From: Spirochaetia bacterium
GTDB lineage: Bacteria > Spirochaetota > Spirochaetia > UBA9216
Length of the DNA: 64,000 nt
Assembly: GCA_963675665.1 (NCBI GenBank)
Contig: OY776510.1
Coordinates: 2,496,001 to 2,560,000 of the forward strand
Direction: 5' to 3'
Translations under genes and position numbers: made by a program
Shown here: positions 19,583-29,926 of the stretch, piece by piece
Layout of the letters: every line of letters begins with the position of its first letter
Numbering within the stretch: position 1 is the stretch's first letter
Notes under the pieces: model-generated
What the model saw: the letters and a program-made list of their open reading frames with translations, nothing else
Database searches by the model: none
What the model was told of the DNA's origin: nothing

Positions 19583-20029
19583 ATGACTCATAAAATAAAC
19601 AAAGCACAGGTAATGGAAGTCATGCTGACAAAAGAAGGAATTGACTTCCGGACAAGTGAAGGATGGAACACACTTGCGGAGCATGTTGATGTTCATAATC
19701 AGCTTCTTAATAAAAAGCTCGGCTGGAATGTATCCTGGGATGACGCACTTTTCTCATGGTATGAAAACGTATATACACCGTTAAAAAGGGTAATCAGCGC
19801 AAGAGGATTCAGAAGGACTTTTTCAGAGATGACTTCAGGCGAACTGTATCTTGCAGTTTCGGATCACTGGTATTATCTGAAAGAGAATAATAAGGATATT
19901 AACGCTGAAATTGCCGCAGGTAACTTTGCATATGTAAACCGCCGAAAACCGGTGAACCTGCTTAAAAACTTTTTCAAACCTACCGGAGACGGCAACGACA
20001 CAAAAGCCGCCGGGAAAAGAGCAGCATAA
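19583..20029 (+). CDS. Hypothetical protein resembling the DUF4032 domain
   Basis: SWDDALFSWYENVYTP...ELYLAVSDHWYYLKE; strong SD gaggag. Confidence 0.55.
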   Translation: MTHKINKAQVMEVMLTKEGIDFRTSEGWNTLAEHVDVHNQLLNKKLGWNVSWDDALFSWYENVYTPLKRVISARGFRRTFSEMTSGELYLAVSDHWYYLKENNKDINAEIAAGNFAYVNRRKPVNLLKNFFKPTGDGNDTKAAGKRAA

Positions 20030-20061
20030 TAATAAAGTTTAAGTTTACTGTCTGATATATG

Positions 20062-20093
20062 AAAGGGTTGTGCGGGATTCGTACAACCCTTTT
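20062..20093. terminator. Bidirectional intrinsic terminator
   Basis: AAAGGGTTGTGCG-GGATT-CGTACAACCCTTTT hairpin between convergent genes. Confidence 0.75.
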
Positions 20094-21614
20094 CTATTCA
20101 TCAACAAGCTGACGGCTCGCAAACTGCGGATCGCTGGTATGATTTATTCTCAGTTTTCGAAGGCCCGCTTCGTCTCCTGATGACGCAAGATGGGTCAAAT
20201 GCGCTTCACAGCCCTGCAGTTCCTTCAGCTTTTCCATCGCAGTCTGGGCGGCCGGATTTGCTGCAGCTGAAATTGCGAGTGCTATCAGTACCTCGTCTAG
20301 ATCCAGGCTGACCCGTCTGCCGTCAAGAACCTTGTCCTTAAGAAAACGTACCGAGCTTATAATGCTTTCTGGTATCAGATGAATATTGCCTGGAATTCCG
20401 GCAAGATGTTTGGCTGCATTCAGAATTAGAGCGGATGCAGCATGCATTGTTTCAGAATTGGAACTGGTTATTATTGTCCCGTCATTCAGCTGAACGGCTG
20501 CGCCGGATACTATACCGTCCCGGCCTTTTCCCCGTTTGGACCCGTCTTCCATAGCTGCCCTGGCGGCGGGAACTGTAACCCTGTCCCCGGAATGAAGTTC
20601 GAGATTGTCCATAAGCAGCTTTATTCTGTCTATGGCCTGTTTTGAGCCGGACCCCCTGATGTAATCGCATGATGCTCTGAAATATCTTCGAATGATTTCC
20701 TGCTTTGAGGCTTCACGTACGGCATTATCGTCATAGATTCCGAATCCGCAGCGGTTTACCCCCATATCGGTAGGCGACTGATAGAAGGATTTTTCCCCGG
20801 TTATCTTTTCAATTATTCGTTTCAGTACAGGAAAAGCTTCAATGTCGCGGTTATAGTTAACTGCTGTTTCTCCGTAGGCTTCGAGATGAAAGCTGTCTAT
20901 CTGATTGACATCGCCCAAATCGGCTGTTGCGGCTTCGTACGCTACATTTACGGGATGGCTCAACGGAAGATTCCATATCGGAAAGGTTTCAAGTTTTGCA
21001 TAACCGGATCGTATTCCGTTTCTGTAATCGTGATAAAACTGTGAAAGGCAGGTTGCAAGTTTACCGCTTCCGGGACCGGGGGCCGTAACAACAACTACCG
21101 GCCGGCTGGTTTCGATATATTCATTTGCACCGTAACCGTTGTCGCTGACTACAAGATCGACATCGGTAGGATACCCTTTCGTGTATTTGTGCGTGTAAAC
21201 CCTGATACCGCGACGTTCCAGAAGGTTCCGAAACTGAATGGCGCCGGGCTGATCTTCAAAACGGGTGATAACCACCCCTGCGACATTCAGATCCCAGGAT
21301 GTGTAATCATCGATCAGTTTCAAGGTGTCCGTGTCATAGGTTATTCCGAAATCAGCCCGGACTTTTTTCTTTTCGATATCTCCGGCATAAATACAGATTA
21401 TGACATCAATCTTTTCCCTGAACGCCTGAAATACCTGCATTTTGACATTCGGATCAAACCCGGGCAGGACCCGTGACGCGTGGTAATCAAATATCAGTTT
21501 TCCGCCGCATTCAAGATAAAGTTTGTTATCGAATTTCGATACTCTTTCAAGAATAGCGGACGTTTGTTCTTCAAGGTATTTATTGTTGTCGAAACCTGCC
21601 TTCAGTGTTTTCAT
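20094..21614 (-). CDS. DUF1846 (UPF0371) protein
   Basis: GFDNNKYLEEQ, KLYLECGGKL, DYHASRVLPGFDPN, APGPGSGKLATC and YQSPTDMGVN. Confidence 0.9.
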   Translation of the reverse strand: MKTLKAGFDNNKYLEEQTSAILERVSKFDNKLYLECGGKLIFDYHASRVLPGFDPNVKMQVFQAFREKIDVIICIYAGDIEKKKVRADFGITYDTDTLKLIDDYTSWDLNVAGVVITRFEDQPGAIQFRNLLERRGIRVYTHKYTKGYPTDVDLVVSDNGYGANEYIETSRPVVVVTAPGPGSGKLATCLSQFYHDYRNGIRSGYAKLETFPIWNLPLSHPVNVAYEAATADLGDVNQIDSFHLEAYGETAVNYNRDIEAFPVLKRIIEKITGEKSFYQSPTDMGVNRCGFGIYDDNAVREASKQEIIRRYFRASCDYIRGSGSKQAIDRIKLLMDNLELHSGDRVTVPAARAAMEDGSKRGKGRDGIVSGAAVQLNDGTIITSSNSETMHAASALILNAAKHLAGIPGNIHLIPESIISSVRFLKDKVLDGRRVSLDLDEVLIALAISAAANPAAQTAMEKLKELQGCEAHLTHLASSGDEAGLRKLRINHTSDPQFASRQLVDE

Positions 21615-21690
21615 GATTGTTCCTCTCCCGGCTGTTATTTATATCTCCGGTGATTTTACCATATCCGAATTGCAGTGCACAATTATTAAA

Positions 21691-22713
21691 TTAATGTTTT
21701 AAAAAATGGATTTTATCCGGCTCCGAAGGCTCCTGTCTGATACTGAGATTAAGCTGTGCGGCCAGAGCTTTCAATATAATGAAACTGAATTCCATCCGTC
21801 CTGTGCAGTTTTCCATCTCGATTTTGACCCCGTCGCATCCGAAAATAATTTTTTCAATATTTGAGTCGGTATCATGCAAGATTGACAGACTTATGCCGGG
21901 ATTTCCGGCATCAGAAAAAAGTTTGAACGATACTGTTAACAGTTCATTAACTATAAGTCCTAGCGGAATAGCAACGTCAAGATTGACAAGAGGTTTCGGA
22001 ATATCAAGATCAATATTAATCTTCTCTATTTCAAATGAATATTCCGTTGCCAGATTATGCAATATTGAATGAATCTGATCGGCTATGTCTATTTCATATA
22101 TTTGCCCGGAATAATAAAAATCCTGATGGATATCGGCCAGTATGCGTATACGATCGGCTATCTCGTTCAGTGTTTGAAGCGAATTTGGAGAGATGTACGA
22201 TTTTTGTATCTCAAGAAGCGACATAATCAGCTGCATGTTGTTCTTGACCCGGTGATGGACCTCTGAAAGAAGAATATTTCTTTCGCGCAATGATCTGATG
22301 AGTTCCTGCTCGGTTTTTTTCCGATCTGAAATATCCCTTGTTGTTCCCTGGAGCCCGATCAGTTTACCGTTCTCATCCTTTGCGATCCGGCCTGTAATTT
22401 CAACGTCTACTTCCCTTCTGTTTATATCCAGAACTTTTGTTTCAAAAGTAACTTTATTGAATGTTTTATAATACCTGATTGCTTTCATTGCGTAACCGGC
22501 AGCTTTCAGGAATTCTTTTTTTGAAAAGTGGTCCTTAAGTTTTGTGCCGATCCATTCTTCGGGTTTTGCGCCCACAATCTGTTCAATCGAAGGGCTTAGA
22601 TAAGTAAATTTCAGGTTAAGATCCATAGTCCAAATGCAGTCTATTGAATTTTCAGCAAGCAGTCTGTATTTTCTCTCACTTTCAATAAGCTTTTTGTTAT
22701 AACTTTGATCCAT
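21691..22713 (-). CDS. PAS-domain HisKA_2-type sensor histidine kinase with a degenerate ATPase domain
   Basis: PAS/PAC (YRLLAENSIDCIW...GTTRDISDRK), H-box EVHHRVKNNMQ, PLGLIVNEL; N and G boxes are degenerate. Confidence 0.7.
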   Translation of the reverse strand: MDQSYNKKLIESERKYRLLAENSIDCIWTMDLNLKFTYLSPSIEQIVGAKPEEWIGTKLKDHFSKKEFLKAAGYAMKAIRYYKTFNKVTFETKVLDINRREVDVEITGRIAKDENGKLIGLQGTTRDISDRKKTEQELIRSLRERNILLSEVHHRVKNNMQLIMSLLEIQKSYISPNSLQTLNEIADRIRILADIHQDFYYSGQIYEIDIADQIHSILHNLATEYSFEIEKINIDLDIPKPLVNLDVAIPLGLIVNELLTVSFKLFSDAGNPGISLSILHDTDSNIEKIIFGCDGVKIEMENCTGRMEFSFIILKALAAQLNLSIRQEPSEPDKIHFLKH

Positions 22714-22744
22714 AACTATAATTGTAATGTTTAAGATTTGGAAA

Positions 22745-24994
22745 TCAAGTCTTACGAGGTTTGATTCTCCAACAGCGGTGGATGGTTTTCCGTCGTTCAA
22801 AATCAGGATCAATCGTCCGGTCGCTTATTTCAGTGATATCAAGATCATTCTCGAGTTCCGGGCTCATTTTAAATTTTCTGAAATTGTTACAGAACAGCAG
22901 GAGGCCGTCCGGAGCAAGTCTGGACACGGCCAGTCTTACAAGTTCTTCATGATCTTTTTGCAGATCAAAGATTGTGCGGCTTTTTGAATTCGAAAATGTC
23001 GGCGGATCAAGATATATAAAATCCCACCGGTTAACAGCGGATTTAAGCCATGTCAGGCAGTCGTCGCGAACGAAACTGTTGCCGGTTCTGAAACCGTTAA
23101 GTTTCATATTGGCTTCGGCCCAGTCAAGGTAGGTTTTTGAAGCATCAACGGAAGTTGTGGAAAGAGCGCCCCCGTCTGCAGCGTAGGCTGTGGCGGTTCC
23201 TGTGTAACAGAAAAGATTAAGAAAGCTTTTACCTTTTGCCTCATTTCGGATTAACTTCCGAATCGGACGGCTGTCGAGAAATATCCCGGTATCAAGATAA
23301 CTCGAGGTGTCTATAAAAAACTTCAACCCGTGTTCACTGAGAATGCGCCGTCCGGATATATCCGCTGCGCTGCCGGATTTCTCATACTGGCTGCTCCCGC
23401 GCTGCTTTTTTCGTTTCTTGATTTTTACCATGTCTTCCGGAAGTTCCAACCATGCCTGGACCGCCAGTACTGCTTCCCGCAGCCGGCCGGAGGCAGCTAC
23501 GGGATCAATTGTCTTCGGCGCGGCATATTCCTGAACAACCGCCTCCGGCGGGTAGATATCGACGGCTACGGAGTATTCGGGCATGTCGGCATCATACAGC
23601 CTGTAGCATTCAATCCGTTCCGTTTTCAACCAGCTTTTCAGCCGTTTCGCATTTTTTTTAAGCCTGTTGTATATCATCTGCGCGCCGGGAGACAGTTCCT
23701 CAAAGGAAGGATATCCCCGGCCGGTGAGCGCCATACTGTCGGAATCAGTTGTCTTTTCCCCTTTCTCCCCGTTTTGTACAGAATCGTTGCTTTCTTCCGG
23801 CCGATCGCTGAAAATCCTGAAGTGGGAGAGTGTGCACCGTATGCCGCCGTTGTATACGGTATTGATCTTGTCCGCGCGCATACCTAACGAATCGGAAAGT
23901 TCGCGGTGTCCCGTAAGAAGCGCAATTTTCCATCCGCCGTATACGCGTTTGAAAATCTCGCCCATTTTCCGGTAGAACAGCAGCATATCATCGTCTTTGT
24001 TCAGCCTTTCGCCGTACGGCGGATTTACTGCAAGCAGTCCCGGATTTTCAGGCGGAAGCTGTTTAAAGAAATCGCCCCGTTCAATACTGATAATCCCTGC
24101 CGAATACAGTTCGGCGGCGGCGCTTCCCCGAATGTTTGTACGGGCTGCGGTAACGGCTTTCGGATTGTTGTCGCGTCCTGTAAATAAAGGCACAGCGCCG
24201 TTTTTGTATGCATTTTTCAGTGCCGTTATTCCGGCCGCTTTGCGTTCAGCAGCCTCGGCTGTCAGGCTGTTCCAAAGGGTTTCGCTGTGATGAAGCCATT
24301 TCTCGAAACCGAAACGTCTTCGGTTTATTGCAGGCGCAATGTCGGCTGCAATAAGAGCTGCTTCGGTGACAAGCGTGCCTGAGCCGCACATAGGATCGAG
24401 AAAAAATGATCCGGCCGGCATGTCCGCCCATCCGGCCCGTATCAAAACGGCAGCAGCAGTGTTTTCGCGTATTCCGGCCTTTACCGTCTCAAGGCGGTAT
24501 CCACGTTTGTGCAGGCCTTCGCCCGACATATCAAGCGCTATCCCCCCTCTTTTGAGGGTAACATGAAGATGGAGCCTGATGTCGGGGTTTTTTGTATCAA
24601 TGTCGGGCCTGCGGCCGGATAGATTACGCGCCCGGTCTACTATTCCGTCCTTTACGGACAGCGCGGCATAGTCGGGGGTGCAGACCTTTGTTTTGGTGAG
24701 AGTAGAGTCGACGGCAAGTGTTGAATCAGGAGCGAAATGGTTCTCCCATTCAAAACTCTCAGCTGCTTTCCGGATATCGTCGGGAGATTCAACATCAAAT
24801 GAAACCAGAGGGAAAAGGATCCTGTTTGCAATTCTTGACCACAGGCATGCACGATAAGCGGTTTCTATGCTTCCGCTGAAACCGGCGCCGCCGTGGGCTA
24901 TCTGAATATCGGTTCCGCCTATGCTTTCAAGTTCATCTTTAAGAAGTTCTTCAAGATAAAAAGGGCAGGTTGCAAAAAATGTATAACTGTTCAT
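22745..24994 (-). CDS. rlmL: Bifunctional 23S rRNA m2G2445/m7G2069 methyltransferase RlmKL
   Basis: THUMP domain, GEGLHKRGYR, DPMCGSGT, NPPYGER, YRLYDADMPEY, DTGIFLD, NLFCYTG and DPPTFSNSK. Confidence 0.92.
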   Translation of the reverse strand: MNSYTFFATCPFYLEELLKDELESIGGTDIQIAHGGAGFSGSIETAYRACLWSRIANRILFPLVSFDVESPDDIRKAAESFEWENHFAPDSTLAVDSTLTKTKVCTPDYAALSVKDGIVDRARNLSGRRPDIDTKNPDIRLHLHVTLKRGGIALDMSGEGLHKRGYRLETVKAGIRENTAAAVLIRAGWADMPAGSFFLDPMCGSGTLVTEAALIAADIAPAINRRRFGFEKWLHHSETLWNSLTAEAAERKAAGITALKNAYKNGAVPLFTGRDNNPKAVTAARTNIRGSAAAELYSAGIISIERGDFFKQLPPENPGLLAVNPPYGERLNKDDDMLLFYRKMGEIFKRVYGGWKIALLTGHRELSDSLGMRADKINTVYNGGIRCTLSHFRIFSDRPEESNDSVQNGEKGEKTTDSDSMALTGRGYPSFEELSPGAQMIYNRLKKNAKRLKSWLKTERIECYRLYDADMPEYSVAVDIYPPEAVVQEYAAPKTIDPVAASGRLREAVLAVQAWLELPEDMVKIKKRKKQRGSSQYEKSGSAADISGRRILSEHGLKFFIDTSSYLDTGIFLDSRPIRKLIRNEAKGKSFLNLFCYTGTATAYAADGGALSTTSVDASKTYLDWAEANMKLNGFRTGNSFVRDDCLTWLKSAVNRWDFIYLDPPTFSNSKSRTIFDLQKDHEELVRLAVSRLAPDGLLLFCNNFRKFKMSPELENDLDITEISDRTIDPDFERRKTIHRCWRIKPRKT

Positions 24995-25000
24995 TTCGGA

Positions 25001-25612
25001 TCACTTAAGTGTTGTGCGGATAAACGACGTCAGAACCTGGAGGGCCATTTGATTATAGCCGCCTTCCGGAATTATCAGATCCGCAAATGTTTTGGTCGGT
25101 TCGATGAATTCGATGTGCCCGGGGCGCACCACTTCCATATACTGTTTGATTACTGAATCGACTGTACGGCCGCGCTCTTCTATATCGCGTTTCATTCTGC
25201 GTATGAATCGTACGTCTGAGGGTGTGTCTACGAACAACTTCAGATCAACAAGATCGCGGACCCGTTTGTCCGAATAGATCATTATCCCTTCATAGATAAT
25301 AACTTTTCTGGGTTCCACAAGAACTGTTTTATCAGCTCTGCAGTGATGGACAAAATCATATTGAGGCATATCAACAGCTTTGCCGTTTTTTAGGAATGAA
25401 AGCTGCTCGTAAAGCAGTTCGGTATCGAACGCATCGGGATGATCGAAATTGAAGCCGGTGATATTCTGGTTATTTACGTATTTGGCTGATTTATAATAGT
25501 TGTCCTGCGGTACAAAGGCAAAATCGGGTACTATTTCTTCAATCTGGCGCACAATTGTTGTTTTTCCGGAACCGGACCCGCCGCAGATTCCTATGATATA
25601 TGTTCTATCCAT
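25001..25612 (-). CDS. udk: Uridine kinase
   Basis: IGICGGSGSGKTT, QDNYY, NFDHPDAFD, RDIEERGR and FIEPTK. Confidence 0.92.
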   Translation of the reverse strand: MDRTYIIGICGGSGSGKTTIVRQIEEIVPDFAFVPQDNYYKSAKYVNNQNITGFNFDHPDAFDTELLYEQLSFLKNGKAVDMPQYDFVHHCRADKTVLVEPRKVIIYEGIMIYSDKRVRDLVDLKLFVDTPSDVRFIRRMKRDIEERGRTVDSVIKQYMEVVRPGHIEFIEPTKTFADLIIPEGGYNQMALQVLTSFIRTTLK

Positions 25613-25674
25613 ATTCCGGATTATATGATTTTTCAAAGCAGATGTCGAGCTGACCTGATTCTGTTTAATAAATA

Positions 25675-26490
25675 TCACCTGAAGGATGAGGCGTTGCTTA
25701 TCGTTACGTGCGGATACGGTATTTCAACGCCGGCTTTTTTGAATTCCTCCAGGATATGTTTCATAATGGAATTTCTTGTTTCTACATACTGATTTTTGTC
25801 AAACCAGATTCCGAATTTCAGTTCAATTCCGGAATTCTCAAATGACTTAATCATAATAAAAGGTCCGGGTTCATCGAGACAGTAAATATTATCCGAAGCG
25901 ACTTTTTTTAATATAGTGATAATTTGATCCAAATCTGAACTGTAGGCAACGGACAGAACAAGGTCCATTCTGCGAACCGGAAACCTGGTAATGTTAATTA
26001 CATCAGTTGTAATAAGTGTTTCATTCGGAATTCGAATCAGCAGGTTGTCGTATGTTTTAAGTTTTATAGATAATAACTCAACTGAATGAACGGTTCCTGT
26101 TTTGTCTCCTACTGTTATTGAGTCTCCAATTTCAAAACTCTTTTCGGTAACCATGAAAAATCCGCTGATAATATTTCCAAGACTTTTTTGTGAAGCAACA
26201 CCCAATGCAATACCCAGAACCCCGGCGGCTCCAAGCAACGCAGTCAGGCTTATCCCCAACTCCGAGAGAACAATAATTAGAATAATCAGGAACCCGGTGT
26301 AATTGATAAGTTTGAGCATCAACATCTGGTTCTGTCTGTTTGAATGTTTGAAAAAAGTTCTGACAAGAAGAATCCTGACCAGTCGAATGATTATCATTCC
26401 GGCAATAATAAACGCAATAATCTTGAAAATCTGGTTATATGATAAATTTGTGAGAAACCCTTTTATTGTATCAAAATTCAAATTTTCCAT
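25675..26490 (-). CDS. Small-conductance mechanosensitive channel (MscS family)
   Basis: GAAGVLGIALGVASQ, FEIGDSI, IRIPNE and EIPYPH. Confidence 0.88.
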   Translation of the reverse strand: MENLNFDTIKGFLTNLSYNQIFKIIAFIIAGMIIIRLVRILLVRTFFKHSNRQNQMLMLKLINYTGFLIILIIVLSELGISLTALLGAAGVLGIALGVASQKSLGNIISGFFMVTEKSFEIGDSITVGDKTGTVHSVELLSIKLKTYDNLLIRIPNETLITTDVINITRFPVRRMDLVLSVAYSSDLDQIITILKKVASDNIYCLDEPGPFIMIKSFENSGIELKFGIWFDKNQYVETRNSIMKHILEEFKKAGVEIPYPHVTISNASSFR

Positions 26491-26493
26491 AAT

Positions 26494-27237
26494 TTATCCT
26501 GTATATAAATTTTTAATAAAATAAAAACTTCTTTTAAGGATGTTCTTATCCTTTTCTGATCTCGGCGGAGACAATAATACTGTCTCATTGCCTGAAAGAG
26601 GCGGAGTTTTTTTATATGTAATCTGACTAATCTGCTCCTGGCCGCTGAAAGTAATTATAACCGGGCTTGCGATCAGGGTGTCGCCGTCTTTATAGACTGA
26701 TAAATACGGGGCCCTGAGAATCATCTTCTCAAATTCGAGACTCTGTGATGATTTATTCGATATTGTTACGGGGCAGTAAACGCTGTAATTCTTTTCAGTG
26801 TAGTCTGAAATGCTGGAATGCATCGAGGTTTCCATGTAATACGCGAATTCTCCGTTCTCTGAGTTACCGAAAAAACTTTTGGACAGAGGATCCAGTTCCA
26901 CTTCGCAAAGGAAATTCTTATTTTGCTTCGAACCGTAAAATAATCGTATTACAAACGGTACTTCGATAAACACCTCAAGTTTTTTAGACGGCAGGATGGA
27001 TATCTTCTGTACGGGTTTCAGTATAATCGGTAAAGGGGGCAGGCCCGGTTCGATATAAATATTTTGTCCGTCTCCTGTTATGAACCTGTTTTCACACGGC
27101 TGTACTTCAGTATTACTGATTATCAACAGTTCATTTTTAATTTTACGGATTTCCAGAGACTGGTTCCGGGGCAGTTTCAGTTGAAGAGCGGCGTCGCCTG
27201 TTTCGATTTTTCCCCATGGAATTATATTTTCATCCAC
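26494..27237 (-). CDS. Hypothetical protein, possibly DUF432-like
   Basis: PGLPPLPIILKP, SKSFFG...GEFAY and CPVTISNKS; co-oriented with the MscS gene. Confidence 0.5.
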   Translation of the reverse strand: MDENIIPWGKIETGDAALQLKLPRNQSLEIRKIKNELLIISNTEVQPCENRFITGDGQNIYIEPGLPPLPIILKPVQKISILPSKKLEVFIEVPFVIRLFYGSKQNKNFLCEVELDPLSKSFFGNSENGEFAYYMETSMHSSISDYTEKNYSVYCPVTISNKSSQSLEFEKMILRAPYLSVYKDGDTLIASPVIITFSGQEQISQITYKKTPPLSGNETVLLSPPRSEKDKNILKRSFYFIKNLYTG

Positions 27238-27471
27238 TGTATAACCTCTTGAAAAATGATAACTGTAAATCCAGGGTTAATCACTAAAAACTGCGGTTGA
27301 AAACCAACGTTTTACAGATCCCCTGATATGAATTATACAAAAAAAACCTGTATGCTACCATTTAATTCTGAATTATAATATATTATATCTGAGGTAGAAA
27401 CTTCAAAACCTCCGGGTTTTGAAATTCCTTCATTTTTATAAAAATTATTATAAAGGGTGGTATTATTTAAT

Positions 27472-28530
27472 ATGACCAGATTTCTCAGTAAAAGAGGAGC
27501 TGTCTTGGATAAACGGCCCGGAGAAATGGTCTATATAGGGAAAAATCCTTCCAGAGAAACAAGGATAGATTTGATATCCTATGACGGTAAAAATCTGACG
27601 GAAAAAGAAAATATTAAAACGGATGTTCTGTTATCTTTAGAGGATAATAAATCTTCCTGGATTAATGTAGAAGGTCTTTCCGATCTGAAAGCGATGGAAG
27701 CTGTTAAAACTGCTTTTAATATAAACCCGTTGATAGCCGCTGATATAATCAATACGGGATCAAGGCCGAAATGCCTGGAAACCGGCTCTGCCGTATATGT
27801 TGTTTTAAAGATGCTTGTCTATGATGATGAAAAGGATATTATTGTTTCAGAACACTTAAGCCTGCTGATACATAAAAACATTTTAATTACTTTTCAGGAA
27901 GCCGAAGGTGATGTTTTCAGTCTGATAAGGGAAAGGCTGATTGATGCCGGAACCAGGATCAGGAATGCCGGCGTAGAGTATCTTGCATATTCGTTAATGG
28001 ACTCGGTTGTTGATAATTATTTTAGAATACTTCAGAACCTGGCCGATAGAATTGAAGAAGTTGAAGAGCTGCTGCTGGAAGACCCTGATAAAAAGGTATT
28101 AAAGCAGATTATATTTCTGAAAAAGGAATTACTGTTTCTGTCGAAAGCGGTAAAACCTGCCAGGGAAGCTGTCAAATATCTGATTGACAGCAAACCGGAA
28201 CTTGTCCGGCCCAGCCTGGAATATTTTTCAGACCTTTATTCCAATATTACCCAGGTAGTAGAAGCCATTGATCTGTATAAAGAGATAACTACCCATCAGC
28301 AGAACACATATGATACCCATATGAATCATAAGCTGAATGAAATAATGAAGTTTCTTACAATATTCTCGGTCATCTTTCTTCCTTTGACATTGATTACCGG
28401 AATCTACGGAACAAATTTTGATTTTATTCCCGAACTGCATTTTAAATACGGATACCTGTTTTTATGGGGTTTGCTGGTTTTTTGTGCAGTGTTTATGATT
28501 TTATTATTCAAGAAAAAGAAATGGCTTTAG
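27472..28530 (+). CDS. corA: CorA-family divalent cation transporter (GTN variant)
   Basis: WINVEGL, LITFQE, YSLMDSVVDNYF and LNEIMKFLTIFSVIFLPLTLITGIYGTNF..IPEL; ends FKKKKWL. Start could be GTG 27457. Confidence 0.85.
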   Translation: MTRFLSKRGAVLDKRPGEMVYIGKNPSRETRIDLISYDGKNLTEKENIKTDVLLSLEDNKSSWINVEGLSDLKAMEAVKTAFNINPLIAADIINTGSRPKCLETGSAVYVVLKMLVYDDEKDIIVSEHLSLLIHKNILITFQEAEGDVFSLIRERLIDAGTRIRNAGVEYLAYSLMDSVVDNYFRILQNLADRIEEVEELLLEDPDKKVLKQIIFLKKELLFLSKAVKPAREAVKYLIDSKPELVRPSLEYFSDLYSNITQVVEAIDLYKEITTHQQNTYDTHMNHKLNEIMKFLTIFSVIFLPLTLITGIYGTNFDFIPELHFKYGYLFLWGLLVFCAVFMILLFKKKKWL

Positions 28531-28542
28531 CAGTAATTTAGC

Positions 28543-28590
28543 TTGAAATAACAGCTTTTCACCATTATTATATTACGACCGGTCGGTCGT
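28543..28590 (+). promoter_or_regulatory. paaK promoter with an overlapping palindromic operator
   Basis: TTGAAA (28543)-N17-TATTAT (28566), followed by ACGACCG-GT-CGGTCGT (28575-28590). Confidence 0.55.
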
Positions 28591-28624
28591 TTCCTGGCCC
28601 CCGGATTTAGTGAAGGAGTAGAAG

Positions 28625-29926
28625 ATGATCTGGAATGAAAAGATAGAAACAATGCCCCAGTCAGATCTTGAAAAGAAGCAGCTTGAGAGCCTGGTGAAGC
28701 TGGCTGAAACGCTGTATACAAAAGTGGAATTCTACCGAAGGAAATTTGACAAGCTCGGTGTTAAACCCTCTGATCTTCAGAGTATGAAGGATATAGCAAA
28801 GTTGCCCTTCACGACAAAGGATGAGCTTCGTGAAACTTATCCGTATGGTCTTCTTGCAATCGATGAATCGGAAATAGTTGAGATTCATCAGTCATCAGGA
28901 ACAACAGGGACCCCTGTAGTAGACGCATATACCCGGAAAGATATTGACATCTGGTCGGAAGCCATGGCCCGCTGTCTTACCATGGCCGGCGCCGGAAAGA
29001 ATGATGTTATACAGAATGCCTACGGGTACGGCCTTTTTACAGGTGGTCTCGGCGTTCATTACGGTGCACGCGCAATAGGCGCCAATGTAATACCCATTTC
29101 GGGCGGGAATACCGAGCGGCAGCTCAAGGTTATGAAAGACTTCGGCTCCACATTTTTAACCTGTACCCCGTCCTATTCGCTTTATATTGCCGAGTTTGCC
29201 GCGGAAAGCGGAATTCCCATGAAGGACATGAAACTGAAAGCCGGTGCATTCGGCGCCGAACCGTGGACGGAAGAAATGCGCAAAGAAATGGAAGCGCAGC
29301 TTCAGCTTGATGCTTTCGACATTTACGGATTAACCGAGATTATAGGACCGGGTGTTGCAAATGAATGTGAATGCAAGGACGGGCTTCATGTTAATGAAGA
29401 CCTTTTCTACCCTGAAATAATTGATCCTGAAACAGGTGAACCGCTGCCGGACGGTGAAAAAGGCGAGCTTGTTTTTACTACGCTGACCAAGGAGGGAACT
29501 CCTATTCTGCGTTACCGGACACGCGATATAACCTATCTTACACGCGGTAAGTGCGCCTGCGGCCGAACCAGCGTAAAAATGCATAGACTTATGGGCAGAA
29601 CCGATGATATGCTTATAATACGCGGGGTAAATGTATTCCCGACCCAGATAGAGGAGATTCTGGTCCAGATGGAAGAGACACAGCCTCACTATCAGATCGT
29701 TGTCGACCGCGGACAGAAACACCTTGACGAAGTTGAGGTTTGGGTTGAGGTTAAAGACGAGTTCTTTTCGGATGAAACCAAGATGATGGAGAGCCTCAGG
29801 GCCCGGATTGATCATGAGATGAAAAGCCGGCTTGGAATTCATGCGAAAATCAAGCTTGTTGAGCCGAAATCAATTGAACGAAGCATAGGGAAGGCAAAAC
29901 GCGTTATCGACAAGCGTAATCTTTAG
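28625..29926 (+). CDS. paaK: Phenylacetate-CoA ligase
   Basis: [40 protein letters not shown] and [16 protein letters not shown]. Confidence 0.9.
   Translation: MIWNEKIETMPQSDLEKKQLESLVKLAETLYTKVEFYRRKFDKLGVKPSDLQSMKDIAKLPFTTKDELRETYPYGLLAIDESEIVEIHQSSGTTGTPVVDAYTRKDIDIWSEAMARCLTMAGAGKNDVIQNAYGYGLFTGGLGVHYGARAIGANVIPISGGNTERQLKVMKDFGSTFLTCTPSYSLYIAEFAAESGIPMKDMKLKAGAFGAEPWTEEMRKEMEAQLQLDAFDIYGLTEIIGPGVANECECKDGLHVNEDLFYPEIIDPETGEPLPDGEKGELVFTTLTKEGTPILRYRTRDITYLTRGKCACGRTSVKMHRLMGRTDDMLIIRGVNVFPTQIEEILVQMEETQPHYQIVVDRGQKHLDEVEVWVEVKDEFFSDETKMMESLRARIDHEMKSRLGIHAKIKLVEPKSIERSIGKAKRVIDKRNL

Noticed and set aside
27397-27428. Hairpin GAAACTTCAAAACC-TCCG-GGTTTTGAAATTCC upstream of corA
   Set aside because: It is single-copy in the window. 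I cannot tell a REP-like element from a leader structure, and I recognised no Mg-sensing riboswitch features.
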